A stretch of 64,000 nt of DNA from Rhynchopus sp. YZ270_cl-10 (lineage: Eukaryota): contig OZ037845.1 of the NCBI GenBank assembly GCA_964035575.1, positions 1,674,001-1,738,000 of the forward strand, in the 5' to 3' direction. Below are positions 60,503-64,000 of the stretch, piece after piece (the stretch's first letter is position 1; each line of letters opens with the position of its first letter). A program made the position numbers and the translations under genes. The notes beneath the pieces were generated by a model, which saw only the letters and a list, made by a program, of their open reading frames with translations, had not been told where the DNA came from and made no database searches.

Positions 60503-62213
60503 ATACGTTTTCTTATTTTCGTAGGGTCTTCCAATGACATGCAAAAAAAGTGAAGGGAAACGTGGCAACACAACGACTAACAGGAGCCAATAAGAGCGAT
60601 GGGGGGGGATTTTTTTTTGTACTCGGGCACCTCACCCGATGTACCTTATGACAAAATGAAAGGTTGTTCCCCTTTATTTTATGATCAATTCCAATTTGTT
60701 TGTTGGGAATAGTTTATTACCCTCCTGCTGTCTGTGTTGTTCCCGAGCTTTGACCTTTTTGTTTGTTATCGGAAGTGGTTGCGACTCTGTGGCACCTGTT
60801 GGTTCTTGTTGTCTGAACCTCATGGGCAGCCAGCATATCAGAATCACAGGTGTTAACGTGGGTCCTTTCCTTACATCTAATTTGAAGTCAACAAAGTTGG
60901 GTCTTGATCATATACTGTATGGAAGGCCCTTTTCCCGTATCCCCCCGTCCCCCCCGCCCATAACTCAGGAACTTCCTTCTCTGTTTTAAGAAAGAGCTGT
61001 GTTTCGCGCCGTTTTTTCCTTCTCTTTCTCTGTACATTGAGGGTTTTCCTGTCATGCCCGTGTGAGCGTGTCAGTTCCGCGGGGCACCTTTAAAACGCGT
61101 TTTCAGATGCATGTCTCTGCGAAGCACATTCATCTCACAGCAGAGCACCGTTATCAGGCACATAGTGCAGAGGGAGGACCCCCCCCGTTTTCTCAGACTA
61201 CCCCCCCCGCCCCTCTTTTATTTTTGAAAATGAAACGTCCTTTCAAAATTCATTTTCCACCCCTGCTGTCGTTTTTTATTTTACCTTTTTTTTTTTTGCT
61301 CTGACACAACAGAGCATCCACTCTCTTGTAGTTCATTTTTTTTTATTTTTTGTGCACCTTTTCAAGGGAAAAAGTTTCTTTTTTTTTGAATAAAAACGCT
61401 CTGGCGACTGTGATGACGTTAGTACTCTGTGAATCAGAAGAGATGTGAAAATGTGCATTCATCTCGCAAGATTTCTCACAAAAAAGACTTAGCGAATACA
61501 GCGCAGGGTTGTGTGCAACGTATCCTGGTATGGGGGTGGAGTGCAGCGGAGAAAACGATGAGAGGGGGCAACCTTCTCCCCTGGTTTTACTTTTTTTTCT
61601 TAAAATTGCGGAGTACGTTCTTGGATGTCTCCACGTGACAAACATTTTAGAATGGGCAATCGGCGCACTTTTCCCGACCAAAAAAAGAATTCTCTCTTTA
61701 GCCCTTTTTTGGTGACATTTGAGTACAGAACCCACGGGGTGATTATTGATACAACAAAAAAAAGCAACTGCAATTCATTCGCTTATGCATAGACAAAGAC
61801 AATAAAATAACACCCGAAATAATTTGCCAACTGCCCCCCCCTCCACTCGGGTTAGTGTTTACTACTTACGTTTTCTTCTGATGCTTTGTTGACAAAAAAA
61901 ATACGTGATTGGTACGTCTTCACAATATATGGGTTTTTGAATTGTTATCTCTTGCTCTCTCTCTCACTCCTCATCTGTATTTTTTTTTTGTGGCCTTTTG
62001 TTTGCCCTGTCTTTCCCGCATTTTTGTGTGAACCAAAAAAGAAGCCATTTTTTTTGAATGCCCCCCTCTCTCGTTCACCCCTCCACAACTACCTACAAAG
62101 GGGGGAGCATCGTATCGTGTACTCTCTTTCTCTCCCTCTCTCCCTTTTGGGGATTTACACAAAGCCCCCCTTTTTTTCACTTTTTTGGTTTTTATTTTGC
62201 AGCGAATGTGACG

Positions 62214-64000
62214 ATGGAAAAGAATGCTACCAATGTTCAGGTTTTGGTGCGATGTCGGCCACGGCTGCCGCACGAGGAGGACGCTGCGTGCGGCTTGGTG
62301 AACTGTGAGGACAAAGCAGTTCGTGTGCAGTACGGGACGGGTACAGACAAGGTCTTCTCGTTCGACCGCGTTGTGGACGGCCATGCAGCACAGGAAGATG
62401 TGTTCGAGTTTTCATCGCCCCTGATCGACCACTCGCTTGACGGGCTGCACGCAACCATATTCGCATACGGCCAGACCGGTGCAGGCAAGACTTTCACTAT
62501 GGAGGGCTTCGACTACCACGGTGGCAGCGTCGAGGCCAGCCAGCGCCTCCGCCCCGTCATGTCCACAGCAAAACACAAGCACGGTGTCATCCCCCGTGCT
62601 ATCGAAGCCGTCTTCGACAGGTCCGTGCAGAGGATGCAGCGCAACCCACGCGTCAAGTATAAGGTATGCGGTAGGATGTAGATCTAAAAATTATGCAACA
62701 AACAACAGATCAAAATCTCATACTACCAAATCTACAATGAGCGTGTAACGGACCTTCTGAATGTGCAGTGGAAGAAAGACAAGACGGACAAAGGAGGGCT
62801 CCGTATCCGTTGGCATAAGGTATGTGTGTTTCCAAAGTTCACTCTATTTCTCTGTTTTTTCTTCTATGTGACACAATACAGAATAATACGTTTTACGTCG
62901 AAAATTTGTTTATTTTTGAGGTAGAATCTGCGGCGCAGGCTCGCGAGCTGTTCTCCACAGGGGTGAAGAGCAAGGCAATGGGGAGCCACCAGATGAACCT
63001 CCAGTCGAGCCGATCGCATTCCGTGTTTACTATTTACATTGAGAGCTGGGACACACAGGTATGTCTTCTGTTTTGTGAGTTGTTTCCCACCTCCCTCCTC
63101 AGGCACCCGAATGTCTCATCAAGAGCGAGCTCACGTTGGTCGATCTCGCAGGATCAGAAAAGCTGACGCTGATGTCGAAGAACCCTTCGCAAAAGCTGCT
63201 GCAGGAGAGCATCGATATCAACGCGTCGCTGCTTGCCTTGGGTAAGGTCATCAGTGCCTTGGGAGAGAAATCCTCGAAGCAGCACATCCCGTACAGAGAC
63301 TCGAAGCTCACAAAGCTGCTGAAGCATGCGCTGGGAGGGAACAGTCTGACCCTCATGATCGCCTGCATCAACCCGTGCGACGCTTATGTGGAGGAGACCG
63401 TGTCGACGCTGTTCTACTCAGGGCGTGCACGCAACATCCGAAACGACCCGCGTGTGAATGAGGACAGCAAGACGTCGCTCATAAAAGCATTGCGCGCAGA
63501 GATCGCATCGCTCAAGATGGAGCTCAGCCACTTCCGCAAGATAGCAATGGACGGCACTGCCGCCACAGCGCCACAGAGCGGCAGTGCCGTCGCAGGGTCG
63601 GGCACTGCACCCACACGGCCAGCGCAGGACCCGATATCCTTTGAAGGGCGCCCGCACACAGCAGGCGACCTGGACCAGTCGCGGGAGGTGGTCTTCCTGG
63701 GCGAGAAGCTTGTCGACAGTGTCAAGATGCTGAAAGAGATCATCATGGTGAACGGACAGCTGCGCGAGGCTGTGGATGAGATGGGTTACAAAGGGGCGGA
63801 CACTGACGTGAATCTTTCGCAACTCAATGAAGAGAACATCCAGCTGCGTGAGCGCATTGAGCTGCTGGAGTCGATTGTGATGCAGGACGACGAGGCTGGT
63901 GGCGGTGGCGGTGGCGGTGGCAGTGGTGCAGCTGCCAAGCAAGCAGCCCAAGCGAAGAAGCGCCCCCTTCAGAGCAGCACCCACAAACCTGTCGAGGCTG
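62214..64000 (+). CDS. Kinesin motor protein (KIF12/kinesin-16-like), 3' end outside the window
   Basis: VLVRCRP, YGQTGAGKT, SSRSH, DLAGSE, HIPYRDSKLT. IRW...FYVENL resembles KIF12. Exons 62214-62663, 62709-62819, 62882-63058, 63103->64000. Confidence 0.93.

Noticed and set aside
9768..61470. Dispersed hairpins as CRISPR repeats or as rRNA sarcin-ricin-loop fragments
   Set aside because: Spacing is irregular, there are no cas genes and the context is eukaryotic. Similarity to the sarcin-ricin loop is limited to ACGAGAGG, without the flanking rRNA sequence.

Overview
Eukaryotic nuclear DNA, very probably from a euglenozoan and most consistent with a diplonemid (inference). Evidence: a paraflagellar-rod-family gene, a trypanosomatid-type PKA regulatory subunit, MLRR/MIRR-type mitochondrial presequences, and 17 host genes all on the + strand that nonetheless carry about 45 mostly short GT-AG introns. 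Recognisable genes: RuvBL1/pontin, PKAR-like, an inactive SOD-fold protein, an SH3 protein, a PFR-family protein, RBM26/27-like, two paralogous secreted beta-propeller + Cys-rich proteins, a CAP-Gly/2xDCX protein, prolyl oligopeptidase, a mitochondrion-targeted arginine deiminase fused to a CtlX-like hydrolase, and a kinesin. Mobile DNA: an intact hAT transposon (8-bp TSD, one coding intron) nested in older TIR debris, and two CAC-ended MITEs with 2-bp TSDs. The most striking non-coding signals are (1) a complete hammerhead-ribozyme core at 10514-10604 whose cleavage strand lies inside the stem II loop (non-circular permutation, five mutually compatible helices), and (2) about 30 intergenic, sense-oriented hairpins in three stem families that share a bulged-A C[GNRA]G loop and show compensatory changes. 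All gene models and folds were read by eye; no database searches were run.
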